From an uncultured Phycisphaerales bacterium (lineage in GTDB: Bacteria > Planctomycetota > Phycisphaerae > Tepidisphaerales > Tepidisphaeraceae), in NCBI GenBank assembly GCA_963844715.1, contig CAWJPJ010000004.1, forward strand, positions 192,001-256,000: a stretch of DNA of 64,000 nucleotides. Direction: 5' to 3'. Positions 51,598 to 62,574 of the stretch are shown piece by piece. The notes under the pieces were generated by a model. The model had not been told where the DNA came from. It was given only the letters and a program-made list of their open reading frames with translations, and ran no database searches. Numbering within the stretch: position 1 is the stretch's first letter; each line of letters starts with the position of its first letter. The position numbers were made by a program, and so were the translations under genes.

Positions 51598-51722
51598 GGG
51601 GATTTGGGTCGGGTTAGGTTTTCCTGGCGAGGAGACGCGTGGGCTCGAATGCGAGAGGGCGATGCCGATGTGGGGGCGGTTGGCTGGCCTGTTGAAGGGG
51701 GGTGAGCCTTTGCGCGAGGGAG
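51598..51722. repeat. interspersed repeat family 4, copy A
   Basis: GGTCGGGTTAGGTTTTCCTGGCGAGGAGACGCGTGGGCTCGAATGCGA...GCGGTTGGCTGGCCTG, aligns with 52352 and 56249. Confidence 0.85.
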
Positions 51723-51769
51723 GCGAAGATCTCGGGTCGGGGCATCTCTGCGTGGTATAAATTCTACAA

Positions 51770-52333
51770 ATGGCAGGCTTTCGCCGATGGGCATTGTATG
51801 CAGTCACGGTCTTAGCGCTCGGGCTGGGAGTGGGGACCTTGTTTCTTTGGGCGCGGAGTTACTCGACTACAGATTCCTGGATGGTCTTTCTGGATCGCCA
51901 GGCGTCGAAGCCGGGCACGGGATTGGTGCGTGCCATGACCGTGAAAAACGATTGCGGTGGAATACAAATCAGGTTCGAGGGCAACGAGATCGCGTTCGAC
52001 GCGCGGCATTCTCAATCAATACGACACGGTGTTTATTTCCGTCATCGGACGGGCGGGCCCGAACTCGGCAATCCAAACTTCAATTACTGGAGTTGGGCTG
52101 GGGCGTTGCCGGCTGTGCCCTCTCGTGGGATAACCGGAGGAAGGGTCTCCAGTTTGACCGTGGCGGTTCCGAGGCTGGCATTTTTCACTGCCGTTCTTTT
52201 TTTGTTCTGGGTCTCCATTCGGCTCCGACGAAAAAAGGCGGTTCCCGGCTTTTGCATAAAGTGCGGGTACGATCTCCGCGCTACGCCGGAGCGCTGCCCG
52301 GAATGCGGCTTGATCCCCGGCAAAGCGAAATAG
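51770..52333 (+). CDS. membrane protein with C-terminal CxxCGYDLRATPERCPECG zinc ribbon
   Basis: Two TM segments, LWARSY and CIKCGYDLRATPERCPECG. Confidence 0.85.
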   Translation: MAGFRRWALYAVTVLALGLGVGTLFLWARSYSTTDSWMVFLDRQASKPGTGLVRAMTVKNDCGGIQIRFEGNEIAFDARHSQSIRHGVYFRHRTGGPELGNPNFNYWSWAGALPAVPSRGITGGRVSSLTVAVPRLAFFTAVLFLFWVSIRLRRKKAVPGFCIKCGYDLRATPERCPECGLIPGKAK

Positions 52334-52351
52334 TTCTAACGGTCGTTACGC

Positions 52352-52498
52352 GGGGATTTAGGTCGGGGATGGTTTTCCTGGCGAGGAAATGCGTGGGCTC
52401 GAATGCGATGATGCGCTGCCGATGCGAGGGCGGTTGGCTGGCCTGTTGAGGTGGGGCGAGCCTTTGCGCGAGGGGGGTTGGGGAGTGGCCGCCTTTGG
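52352..52498. repeat. interspersed repeat family 4, copy B
   Basis: Colinear with copies A and C, same orientation. Confidence 0.85.
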
Positions 52499-52946
52499 CG
52501 GCGGGTGATTAAGGGATTTCGAGCTTCGCGCTCGCCCTCAACCGTCCTTGCGACCCGCCTTGTCCGACCTCGGGTGGGTTTCGCGGCGGGATTTCGTTCG
52601 CTCGTGGTAAGCTGGCCGCTTGGATCGCCTGACGCCGGCAATTATCGTTTGGCTGGTTTCCGCCTTCGTATTGATTGGGGCGCGAAGCGGGGCAATCGGG
52701 GAGGCTTTCGCTGGGGAATGCGGACAAATGCAACAGGTCCGCCAGTTTCCGTGGCGGGAATATTGGCGGCCCTATATCGGGTGTATGTGACTGATTACCG
52801 GAGGTGGATAACCCAAAGAGATGCGGATCAGGGAAACAACGGCGACTAGGCCAGCGGGCGCGTCTCGGTTGGCTTGACACTGAAAAAGCAGGCGGTTACA
52901 TCTTGTTTTCTTGAGAAATTCCTGCCTGCTGCGGAGAATCCAAATT

Positions 52947-54100
52947 ATGAAGTTTGTTGCCGGGTTTGTGGCGGTCGTCGGACTGGCGCTTTGTTCGCAG
53001 GCATTGGTTTGGGGTCAGGCGGCGCCGACGCCGGATGCGCCGATTGATGACACGATCAAGCAGCAGACGGATCTCTCGGCGGCGGCGGATCAGATCACGC
53101 AGGCCGTCGGCACTGAAACGCAGAAGCTGGCCAACGACGGGGACGGGGTTTCGCAGGGGATGGCCGGGATTGGCTCGTTGCTCAAGGGTCGTCCCAAACT
53201 GCCACGGTCACCGATGCGTATCGCGACGCTTATTGCAACGCCGTGAACAAGGCGCTGGCGGCGATATTGGCCGGTCCGAAGGTTTCGGTGCGGACGCGCG
53301 TGAACGTGGCGATCGTCGCGGCCAAGCTTACCGAAACATCACATAACTGGGACTTGCTGCCGATGACGTTGACTCTGCTGAGTGATCCGTCCGACGCGAT
53401 CATTTTGTGGGCGGAGCGCGCGGCGGGGCATCAGTTGACCTCCATGCTCAATAATCCGAACACGCTGGCGCAGGATCGGCAGACTCTGCTCAAGGCGATG
53501 GAAGACGCGGCGATCAAGCATTGTTCCACGCCGATGCTCGGCGGGTTTATCGTCCAGCAGGTGTACACGGATATCAATCCCTTCCTGGGCAGCGTGAATC
53601 CGCAGGGGGCAGCCCTGAACGATCTGGTGAATACGAATCTCGCGCTGCAAAAAGGGCGGATATCGCTCTATTCCAGCGGCGTCATGCCGGAGTCGCCTTA
53701 TTTGGATACCTTCGCGTCGCAGTTCCTGCTTGATCCGGGGACGTGGGGATCGATGAATCCACAGCAACAACTGGAAGCCGTGCAACTGGCGGGGGACTTG
53801 ATCTGCAAGGCGTCGCTCCTGGATATGTCGGGGACTCCCGGGGTGGGGACGGAGCAGCAGTCGGATTTGATGAAGGCGGCGGCGCGAGAAGGGGATTATC
53901 TTTACGCGCTGGCAACGAAGTTGAATAACACCAGCCTGGCGGGCGCGGCGACGACGGTTCGAAGTCTGGGCGTTGCGAGCCAGGCGACGGCTATTCGCGC
54001 GGCTTGCCAGGAGATGGAAGCCGCGTTGAGCCAGGCGTTTCCGGGGTTTGTGCCGGTACCGGATTTTGCGCCTCCTGCGGCGGGGGCGACGGGACAGTGA
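52947..54100 (+). CDS. secreted helical hypothetical protein (frameshift near 53160)
   Basis: Signal peptide MKFVAGFVAVVGLALCSQA; continues in the ORF ending at 54100. Confidence 0.65.
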
Positions 54101-54243
54101 AAACCAGAAACCCGAAACCAGAATGACGAATCAATGCTCGAATGAGCGAATGCTCGAATCGGTTCATTCGGACATTCGAGCATTGTCGCCACGGCGACTC
54201 ACCTGCGGGGAGATTTGTCATTCTTCAATCGTCATTTATCATT
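54101..54243. repeat. interspersed repeat family 3 variant
   Basis: AAACCAGAAACCCGAAACCAGAATGACGAATCAATGCTCGAATG...CGTCATTTATCATT. Confidence 0.75.
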
Positions 54244-54290
54244 TGCATGGCCATATCGCTGGAACCGACCGCTTGGTTTGCGAAAGGGGC

Positions 54291-54528
54291 ATGGGCATGT
54301 CGAAACATTGTCAGTCTTGTGCTGCGCCGCTTTTTGATCCGGCGTTTAAGGGTTCGTCCGATCTGTACTGCTGTTATTGCGTGGATCGGGCTGGGAAACT
54401 GGTTTCTCGGGAGCAGGCTCTGCAGAATGTGGTCGGGTGGTTTAAGATGTGGCAGCCGGCTTGTTCTGAGAAGGAACTGCACTCGCGCGGAGTTCTATTT
54501 GAAGGCGATGCCGGCTTGGGCTGAATAG
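54291..54528 (+). CDS. small putative zinc-ribbon protein (frameshift near 54485)
   Basis: HCQSCAAPL...YCCYC, ending YLKAMPAWAE in another frame. Confidence 0.7.
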
Positions 54529-54531
54529 CAG

Positions 54532-56218
54532 ATGGCTCGGTTGCTGTTGATATTGGTGGCGCTGGGCGGCCTGGTGGCCGGGGGTGTGGTTTGGTCGGGG
54601 GCGGATCAGGATGGGCGGGCGGATTTTGCGTTCGTCAACCGGGGGGAAAACAAGACGCTCGATCCGGCGAATATGTCCTGGATGGAGGATATCCGGGTCT
54701 CTTATGCGCTGTGGGAAGGTTTGTTTACGCTCGATCCGGTCACGCTGAAGCCGATCCTGGGGACGGCGGATTCGGCATCCGTCGATCCGGCGACACACAC
54801 GATTTGGACGATTCATATCCGGCCGGATGCGCGGTGGACGAATGGGGATTATGTTACGGCGCGGGATTTTTTGTTTTCGTGGCGGCGGTTTCTGGAGACG
54901 CCGGGGGAATATTCTTATTTGCATTTTTATATCAAGGGGGCGCGGGCGTATTCGGAGGCATATCAGGATTACGTGGATGCGAGATTGAAGGGGGACAAGG
55001 CGCGTCAGCCGCCGGATTTTTCCGGGGTGGGGGAGGGCGCCGGACGATCACACGTTGCGGGTGACGCTGGTCGATCCGATTCCGTTCTTGCCTTGCCTGC
55101 TGGCGTTCACGCCGTTTTTCCCGGTGCATGAGCCTTCGATGAGGCGGTTTGCGCAGACCGATCCGGTGACGGGGGTGACGACGTATAACGAGATGTTCAC
55201 GCGGCCGCCGTATCTGGTGACCAACGGGCCGTATCGCATGGCGGAATGGAGTTTCAAGCGGCGGATTCGGATGATCAAGTCGGACTACTACTGGAACCGG
55301 GATAACGTGAAGAGCCGGATCATCGACGAGATTTATGCGGATCAGGGGTTGGCGGCGTATCGGACTTATGAGCGCGGGGATGTGGACTGGCTTTCGGAAG
55401 TCGATCCGGATCTGGCGGCGGCGATCCTGGCCAAGGGGGGGCGGAGCGATCTGCATATTTTTCCGGCGTTCGGGACGTACTTTTATTCGTTCAATTGTTT
55501 ACCGAAGCTGCCGGGGGGACGGCCGAACCCGATGACGGATATTCGGGTGAGGCAGGCGCTGTGCATGGCGATCGACAAGGAGCCGATCGTCGATCAGGTG
55601 GGGCGGCTGGGGCAGCCGGTTTCGGATCATTATATTCCGCCGGGGGTTTTTGACGGGTATGTTTCGCCGCCGGGGTTGCATTACGACGTGGCGGCGGCGC
55701 AGAAACTTCTGGCCGAGGCGGGATATCCCGGCGGGAAGGGTTTCCCGCATCTGACGATTTTGTACAACTCGGAATTCAATCACGGGGATATCGCGCAGAT
55801 CATCCGCAGGCAGTGGCTGACGAATCTGGGGATCGATACCGACTTGGAGGGGGTGGAGATCAAGATTTTTGGGGAGCGACTGCATAGCCAGCAATATGAC
55901 ATTGCCCGAGCGAGCTGGTACGGGGACTATGCCGATCCGACGACGTTTACGGATAAATATAAGACGGATTCGGATGACAATGATTCGAAGTGGTCGAATG
56001 CACAGTACGATCAGCTTTGCGCGGAGGCTCAGAAGGAGACGGATCCGGCCAAGCGGCTGGTGCTGCTGTCTCATGCGGAGGCGATTTTGCTGAACGAAGC
56101 GCCGATTATGCCGCTGTACACTTACGTGAACGCGTATATGTTTCGGGATAATGTGAAGGGGATACAGCTGGCGCCGAACCAGATGTTGATGTTTGGGCCG
56201 GTTGAAGTGGTGAAATAG
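54532..56218 (+). CDS. oppA: peptide ABC transporter substrate-binding protein (frameshift near 55035)
   Basis: TLDP, LWEGL, ARWTNG..VTA.DF, TNGPY, RVRQAL..AID and W.GDY.DP. Confidence 0.88.
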
Positions 56219-56248
56219 AAAATGAAAAAAGTGAAAGAAATAGAAGAG

Positions 56249-56390
56249 TTGGGTCGGGTTAGGTTTTCGTGGCGAGGAGATGCGCGGGCTCGAATGCGAG
56301 AAGGCGGTGCCGATGTGAGGGCGGTTGGCTGGCCTGATGGGGGAGGAATGATCCGTCTCGCGAGGGGGCTTGAAGAGTGGCCGCCTTTGG
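56249..56390. repeat. interspersed repeat family 4, copy C
   Basis: Lies between oppA and oppB; colinear with copies A and B. Confidence 0.85.
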
Positions 56391-56442
56391 CCGTCGGGCG
56401 CGAGGATCAGAGAGTAGCGGGAGCTGACTGCTAAGAGATCGT

Positions 56443-57378
56443 ATGCTGAAATTTATTGCCTGGCGCATTGCTCAGCTGCCGCTCATTCTGGCGATTATTT
56501 ATTTGATTACATTTTTGTTGGTGTGGGTTGCGCCGGGGTCGCCGTTTGGGAATCCGGAGCGGAAGCTGGATCCGGCGGCGGAGAAATCGCTGCGCGAGCA
56601 GTTTCACGCCGAGAGCATTCCGCAGTTCCTTGGATATTACCCTTGGCGGCTGCTGCATGGGGACCTGGGGCCGTCGATGAACTATCACGGGTGGTCCGTC
56701 AATGATGTTTTGCGGTATTCGCTGCCGGTGTCGGTGGCGCTGGGGCTGGTGGCGATGTTTATCGCGATTGTCGTCGGGTGCGCGCTGGGGGTAACGGCGG
56801 CATTGCGAAAGGGAGGGGTGATCGATTTTCTGAGTGTCGCGTTGGCGCTGGTGGGGATCAGCGTGCCTAGTTTTGTGGTGGCGGCGGTGCTGCTGCGGGT
56901 TTTTGGGGATTGGCTGCATTGGCTGCCTACGGGGGGATGGGGAACGGTTCGGCAGATGATCTTGCCGGGGGTGGCGCTGTCGCTGCTCCCGATGGCGTAT
57001 ATCGTGCGGCTGACGCGGACTTCGATGCTGGATAATCTTGGGCAGGATTTTGTGCGGACGGCGCGGGCCAAGGGTTTGGGGCGGCAGACGATTATTTGGA
57101 AGCACGCCTTTCGGAACGCGTTTCTTCCGGTGTTCACTTATTTGGGACCGGCGACGGCTTATACGATCACCGGGTCCTTTGTCATTGAAACGATCTTCAA
57201 TATCCCGGGGCTGGGGCAGCATTTCGTGAACGGGGTGAAGAATCGGGATCAGACTTTGATTCTGGGGACGGTGCTGGTGTTTGCGCTGGTTTTGCTGGTG
57301 CTGAATCTGCTGGTGGATATCGGTTACGCGTTCATCGATCCGCGAATTGACGTGTCCGAAAAGCAGGGGGCGGCATGA
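56443..57378 (+). CDS. oppB: peptide ABC transporter permease
   Basis: APGSPF, GDLGPS, FVRTARAKGL and ETIFNIPGLG. Confidence 0.92.
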   Translation: MLKFIAWRIAQLPLILAIIYLITFLLVWVAPGSPFGNPERKLDPAAEKSLREQFHAESIPQFLGYYPWRLLHGDLGPSMNYHGWSVNDVLRYSLPVSVALGLVAMFIAIVVGCALGVTAALRKGGVIDFLSVALALVGISVPSFVVAAVLLRVFGDWLHWLPTGGWGTVRQMILPGVALSLLPMAYIVRLTRTSMLDNLGQDFVRTARAKGLGRQTIIWKHAFRNAFLPVFTYLGPATAYTITGSFVIETIFNIPGLGQHFVNGVKNRDQTLILGTVLVFALVLLVLNLLVDIGYAFIDPRIDVSEKQGAA

Positions 57379-58319
57379 CGGTGGCGATTCCGATTGAATC
57401 CGAGCCGACTGCGTTGGCGCCGCCGGTGTGGCGGTGGGATCGGCGCGTGAGTGTGGGCGGGGGGATTTTGATTTTTCTGCTCTTGTCCGGGTTGCTGAGC
57501 CTGCCTTGGACGCATAGTCCTTCGAGCAATTTGTTTTACGATCGGCAGCACACGGACGCGGCGCTCAAGTGCGCCAGCGCGGAGCATATCTGGATGCTCT
57601 TTGGGACGACGAAGCTGGGGACCAGTTTGCTGGGGCAATGTTTGATCGGCGGAGTCATCAGTCTGACGATTGGATTAGCGGCGGCGGCGATCAGCGTGAT
57701 TCTGGGGGTTTCGGTCGGAGTTGTGTGCGGGTACTACGGGGGGTGGATCGATTCGCTGCTGATGCGGATCGTGGATGTGCTGTTTGCGCTGCCTTATTTT
57801 CTGATGGTGATTTTGCTGAAACTGGCGCTGGAGCCGGCGCTGCTGTGGATGAAGTTTCCGAACGTGGCGGCGAATTTGACGGTGCTGTTTCTGTCGATCG
57901 GGCTGGTGAGCTGGCTGGAGATGGCGCGGGTGATTCGGGGGCAGGTGTTGTCGCTGAGGACGCTGCCGTTTGTTGAAGCGGCGCGGGCGGCGGGGTTGCC
58001 GGGGCGGCGGATTTTTTTGCGGCATTTGCTGCCGAATCTCGCGGGGCCGATCATTGTTTACGCGACGTTGATGGTGCCGCAGGCGATCCTTCAGGAATCG
58101 ATTCTGAGTTTTCTGGGGATCGGGATTCAAAGGCCGCTGCCGACGTGGGGGGCGCTGGCGAGCGACGGCTTGACGCTGGCGCTGAACCCGATCCAATCCT
58201 GCTGGTGGCTGCTGGCGTTTCCGTGTACGCTTCTGGCGGTCACACTCCTGGCGCTGAATTTCATCGGCGACGGGCTGAGAGACGCGCTCGACCCGAAGCG
58301 CAACGCCGGAAAGTTATGA
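57375..58319 (+). CDS. oppC: peptide ABC transporter permease
   Basis: ARVIRGQ, FVEAARAAG, HLLPN and GDGLRDALDP. Confidence 0.92.
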   Translation: MTVAIPIESEPTALAPPVWRWDRRVSVGGGILIFLLLSGLLSLPWTHSPSSNLFYDRQHTDAALKCASAEHIWMLFGTTKLGTSLLGQCLIGGVISLTIGLAAAAISVILGVSVGVVCGYYGGWIDSLLMRIVDVLFALPYFLMVILLKLALEPALLWMKFPNVAANLTVLFLSIGLVSWLEMARVIRGQVLSLRTLPFVEAARAAGLPGRRIFLRHLLPNLAGPIIVYATLMVPQAILQESILSFLGIGIQRPLPTWGALASDGLTLALNPIQSCWWLLAFPCTLLAVTLLALNFIGDGLRDALDPKRNAGKL

Positions 58320-58329
58320 CGGAGCATTC

Positions 58330-60270
58330 ATGGAAAACCGGTTCGGCGTAAAGGATTTCTTCCTCGTCCTGCTGCTTCTGATCGTCATCATCATGATCGC
58401 GCTGGCGATGAAGCAGTACGATCGGCAGTATCAACTTCTCGTTTCACTCCAGAGGCAGGGGCACGATCAACTGAGCGAACTGGTGGCGATTCATGACGAT
58501 CTGCGGCATGGAATCGTCGCGACGGGAAGTAATCCCGACAATCCGCTGGATACGGGGCCGGACCCGTTCGCTTCGCTTCGCAAATTGCGTGAGGAGGGGC
58601 AATACGACCGGGGGGATTGGCTGGTGGAGAATTTCGGAACGTCGGTTTCGAAGATCACGCCTTTGTTGAATCAGGATATTTATTCCCAGGTGATCCAGGC
58701 GCGAATTCAGGAGACGCTGATTTATCGCGACCCGGATACGCTGAAGCTCGTGCCGCTGCTGGCGTCGGGGTGGACGACGACCGACAACACGAAGGATTGG
58801 CAGGCGTACGTCGATAAGCAGACGGCGGCGGGGGAAGAATACGACAAGATCATCAACGAGCCGGATTGCCCGCCGGCGCAAACGATCGACTTCACGCTTC
58901 GGCATGGAATCACCTATTCGGACGGGTCTCCCTTCTCGGCGGATGACGTTGTGTTCACGTACGACTTTATCGAGAACCCGGCGATCGACGCGCCGCGCGA
59001 TCGGGAGGCGCTGGATCGAATTAAATCGGTGCGGAAAGTCAACGATTTTGAGGTGACGGTCGATTTCAAGGAGCCTTATTTCGGGGGATTCGAGGCGATT
59101 GGGGAAGAGGGGATATTGAGCAAGAAGTTTTACAGCCAGTACACGCCGGAGCAGTTCAATAACAGCGTGGGGCTGCTGATCGGAACGGGGCCGTATCGGA
59201 TGGCGGACCCGACGAGTTGGACGCCGGGGCCGGGGAAGATCGAGCTTTTACGGAACGAGAGATATTGGGGACTGGCGCCTTCGTTCGATCGGCTGCTATA
59301 TTATCAGGTGGAGTCCGATGCGACTTCGCTGGTGATGTATGGGAATGGGGAGCTGGACATCACGGGTGTCACGCCGCAGCAGTACAAGCTTGAACTGAAT
59401 AACAAAGCGGTGATGGATCGGAGCAACGCGAATATCTACGCGTCGCCGCTGGAGGGGTATTTCTTCATCGGGTGGAACGAGGTGAAGGGCGGTAAGCCGA
59501 CGATCTTCGCGGACAAGCGGGTCCGTCAGGCCATGACGCTGCTGACGGATCGGCAGGGGATTTGCGATTCGATTCTTTTGGGATACGCGGAACCATGCAG
59601 AGGCCCGTTTTTTCCGACGTCGCCGCAGCATGACCCGAGTCTGGCGGATTGGACTTACGATCCGGTCAAGGCGATGGAATTGCTGAAAGAAGCCGGATTC
59701 GAGGATCGCGGTCAGGGCGTTTTGCAGAAGGCGGACGGAACGCTGCTTTCATTCAAACTGACTTATCCGAGCAAGAATGAAACGACGGATCGGGTGATGC
59801 GGTATATCAAGGACGATTTTGCCAAGGCGAAGATCGACTGCGAGCTGGACCCTGTCGATTGGACGATTTTGGACGATCGGATGACCAAGTCGCATGATTT
59901 CGACGCGCTGATGATGGGTTGGGCCGGGGGGGAGTTGGAGCAGGATATTTATCAGATGTTCGATTCCAGCCAGATCGCGGATCAGAGCGATAATTTCATC
60001 TCGTTTTCTTCGCCGGAGATGGACGCGGCGATCCGACTGGCCCGGCGGACGCTGGACGACGACGCGCGAATGAAGCTGTGGCACAACTGCGAGGCGATTT
60101 TGCATGATGAACAGCCGTATACATTCTTGTTCGTCCCGAAGCTGATTGTGCTGGCGGACAAGCGGATCAAGAATTTTCATTTGACGCCGGCGGGATCGAA
60201 TTTCATCGGGGAGTGGACGGTGCCGATGCCGTGGTTTGTTCCCGCGGCAGAGCAGAAATACAAGCAATAG
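58330..60270 (+). CDS. second peptide ABC substrate-binding protein (membrane-anchored)
   Basis: PLLASGW, SDGSPFSADDV.FT, GTGPY, DKRVRQAM and DEQPYTFL. Confidence 0.88.
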   Translation: MENRFGVKDFFLVLLLLIVIIMIALAMKQYDRQYQLLVSLQRQGHDQLSELVAIHDDLRHGIVATGSNPDNPLDTGPDPFASLRKLREEGQYDRGDWLVENFGTSVSKITPLLNQDIYSQVIQARIQETLIYRDPDTLKLVPLLASGWTTTDNTKDWQAYVDKQTAAGEEYDKIINEPDCPPAQTIDFTLRHGITYSDGSPFSADDVVFTYDFIENPAIDAPRDREALDRIKSVRKVNDFEVTVDFKEPYFGGFEAIGEEGILSKKFYSQYTPEQFNNSVGLLIGTGPYRMADPTSWTPGPGKIELLRNERYWGLAPSFDRLLYYQVESDATSLVMYGNGELDITGVTPQQYKLELNNKAVMDRSNANIYASPLEGYFFIGWNEVKGGKPTIFADKRVRQAMTLLTDRQGICDSILLGYAEPCRGPFFPTSPQHDPSLADWTYDPVKAMELLKEAGFEDRGQGVLQKADGTLLSFKLTYPSKNETTDRVMRYIKDDFAKAKIDCELDPVDWTILDDRMTKSHDFDALMMGWAGGELEQDIYQMFDSSQIADQSDNFISFSSPEMDAAIRLARRTLDDDARMKLWHNCEAILHDEQPYTFLFVPKLIVLADKRIKNFHLTPAGSNFIGEWTVPMPWFVPAAEQKYKQ

Positions 60271-60314
60271 CGATTTTGTTTTGGCGGCGATTGCTAGCGC
60301 CGCCCGTTTTCGTC

Positions 60315-61403
60315 ATGCAAACCTACATCCTCCGCCGTTTGCTCCTGATCATCCCGACGCTGCTGGGAATCACCCTTGTCACATTTTGCGTAATGGCTTT
60401 TTCGCCCGGGGGAATGACCGCGATCCTGGCGAATCGATCAGGCGGCCTGGATCCGCGGGCTCGCGCGGCAATCCACGCTTATTATGAAAAAAAATACGGT
60501 CTGGATCGTCCGTTGCCGGTGCAATACTTGAAATGGCTGAACAATGTTTCGCCGGTTGGGTACAAGGACGCGGGCGTCGGGTGGCCGGGGCCGTGGCGAG
60601 TCGGTTTTAAGATTCCCGATCTGGGGGAGAGCATCATCACGCATCGTCCGGTTCTGGATTTGATTGAACAGAGCCTTCCGATCACGCTGCTCTTGGAATC
60701 GATCAGCACGGTGCTGATTTTACTGATCGCGGTGTGGGCGGGCATCGCGGCGGCGAGCCGCCGAGGCGGGGTGGCGGATGTGGCGGGGGGGACGTTTCTC
60801 CTTGGGATGTGGTCGGTGCCGACGATCTGGGCGGGGGTGCTCCTCATCGGGTATCTGGCGAATAAGAATATGCTGCACTGGTTTCCGACCAGCGGGTTGC
60901 ATGATCTGCGAGCGGATGAGATGAATTTTCTGCCGACGTTTTCGGGGGGATTTCATCGCGGGTGGCTGCTGGACACGATTTGGCATCTGGTGCTGCCGGT
61001 GGTGTGCTTTACGTATGGCGGGCTCGCGTACACCGCCAAGATCATGCGCGGCGCGATGCTGGAGAATCTGAATCTGGATTTTATCCGCACGGCGCGGGCG
61101 AAGGGGGTGCCGGAGCGGGTGATTCTGTATCGGCATGCGCTGCGGAACAGCCTGATTCCGCTGATCACGACTTATGCGGGGCTTTTGCCGGGGTTGATCG
61201 GGGGGGCGGTGGTGATCGAGGAGATTTTCAGCATTCCGGGGATGGGGAAACTGACCGTGGATGCGGTCTTTGACAAAGATCCGCAGATGGTTTTGTCGGT
61301 GACGCTGGTGGCGGGCGTTTTGGGGCTGGTGAGTTATTTGCTGGCGGACATTTTGTATGTGGTGGCCGATCCGCGCGTGAGTTTTGAGGGGGATGGGTCA
61401 TGA
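60315..61403 (+). CDS. peptide ABC permease (OppB/DppB-like)
   Basis: YILRRLLLIIPTL, GLDRP..VQY and FIRTARAKG. Confidence 0.9.
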   Translation: MQTYILRRLLLIIPTLLGITLVTFCVMAFSPGGMTAILANRSGGLDPRARAAIHAYYEKKYGLDRPLPVQYLKWLNNVSPVGYKDAGVGWPGPWRVGFKIPDLGESIITHRPVLDLIEQSLPITLLLESISTVLILLIAVWAGIAAASRRGGVADVAGGTFLLGMWSVPTIWAGVLLIGYLANKNMLHWFPTSGLHDLRADEMNFLPTFSGGFHRGWLLDTIWHLVLPVVCFTYGGLAYTAKIMRGAMLENLNLDFIRTARAKGVPERVILYRHALRNSLIPLITTYAGLLPGLIGGAVVIEEIFSIPGMGKLTVDAVFDKDPQMVLSVTLVAGVLGLVSYLLADILYVVADPRVSFEGDGS

Positions 61404-62574
61404 CGGCGATTGCCATCGATGAAAAAGTCCCGGCGTCGGCGTCATATTGGACGCAAGTTGCGGAGCAGACATTTTCCCGGCGGGCGGCGCGGCTCGCTTC
61501 GCTTTGGATCGGCGTGATCGCGTTTTGCGCGGTGTTTGCGCCTCTGCTGGCGAACACCTGGCCGGTGCTGGTGAAGATGGACGGGCATTGGTCCTCTCCG
61601 TTGGCGCGGCATCTGACGCCGAGCGACGTTATTCTGCTCGTGCTCGGATTCTCAGTGATTATCGCGATGTTTTTTCGCCGAACATCGCGTCTGCGCCGGG
61701 CGATGTGGTTGGCGGGGATTGTCGTCATCGCCTCGATATTTGCCTTTACCTTCGTGCATCCGCCTCTGACGGACGATTACACGCAATATCGGGAGCTGGA
61801 TCACGAGGGGAAAATCGAGGCGAAGCTGATGGCTCCGCTGCCGCTGTCGGCAAATGATTTTCAGCGCGATGTTCCCGATGCCGAGCTACAAGCGCCATCC
61901 TGGCGCATCTTTCAGGAACCGAAGCGAACGGCGGCGATTTGCTGAGCCGGATGATCTACGCCTGCCGGATCGCGCTGGCGATCGGAATTGTGGCGACATC
62001 GATCTCCCTGGTCATCGGGATCGTCGTCGGCGGGTTGATGGGATATTTCGTCGGCCGGGTGGACATCCTGGGGATGCGGTTCATCGAAATCTTCGAGGCC
62101 ATTCCGACGCTGTTTTTGCTGATCACGTTCGTCACGTTTTACGGGCGGAATCTTTATATCATGATGGCGATCATCGGGCTGACCGGGTGGACGGGCAGCG
62201 CCCGATATATCCGCGCAGAATTTCTGCGGCTGCGGCAGCAGGATTTTGTGCAGGCCACGATCGCCGCGGGTTTGCCGCTGCGATCGATCCTTTTCAGGCA
62301 TCTGCTTCCCAACGGAGTGTCGCCGCTGCTGGTGTCGGCCAGTTTTGGAATCGCCAGCGCGATTCTTTATGAGAGCGTTTTGAGTTTTCTGGGCATTGGG
62401 CTGATCGACGAGCCTAGCTGGGGGCAGATGCTCAATCAGGCTTTGGGCGTGGGGGGGTATTTTGTCTGGTGGATCGCCCTTTATCCCGGGCTGGCGATCT
62501 TTTTGACAGTTTTTTCATACAATCTGCTTGGCGAATCGCTTCGCGACGCGTTGGACCCCAAACTTCGGGCGTGA
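61400..62574 (+). CDS. peptide ABC permease (OppC/DppC-like; frameshift near 61915)
   Basis: FAPLLAN N-terminus; [20 protein letters not shown] and [10 protein letters not shown]. Confidence 0.88.

Noticed and set aside
52500..52910. Small ORF or ncRNA after repeat copy B
   Set aside because: Only short ORFs without recognisable motifs and no convincing structure
51598..56390. Repeat family 4 as a repeated small protein (ORFs 51585..51794, 52336..52641, 56222..56434)
   Set aside because: No shared start or stop, a stop codon in the + frame of copy B, and largely non-synonymous differences
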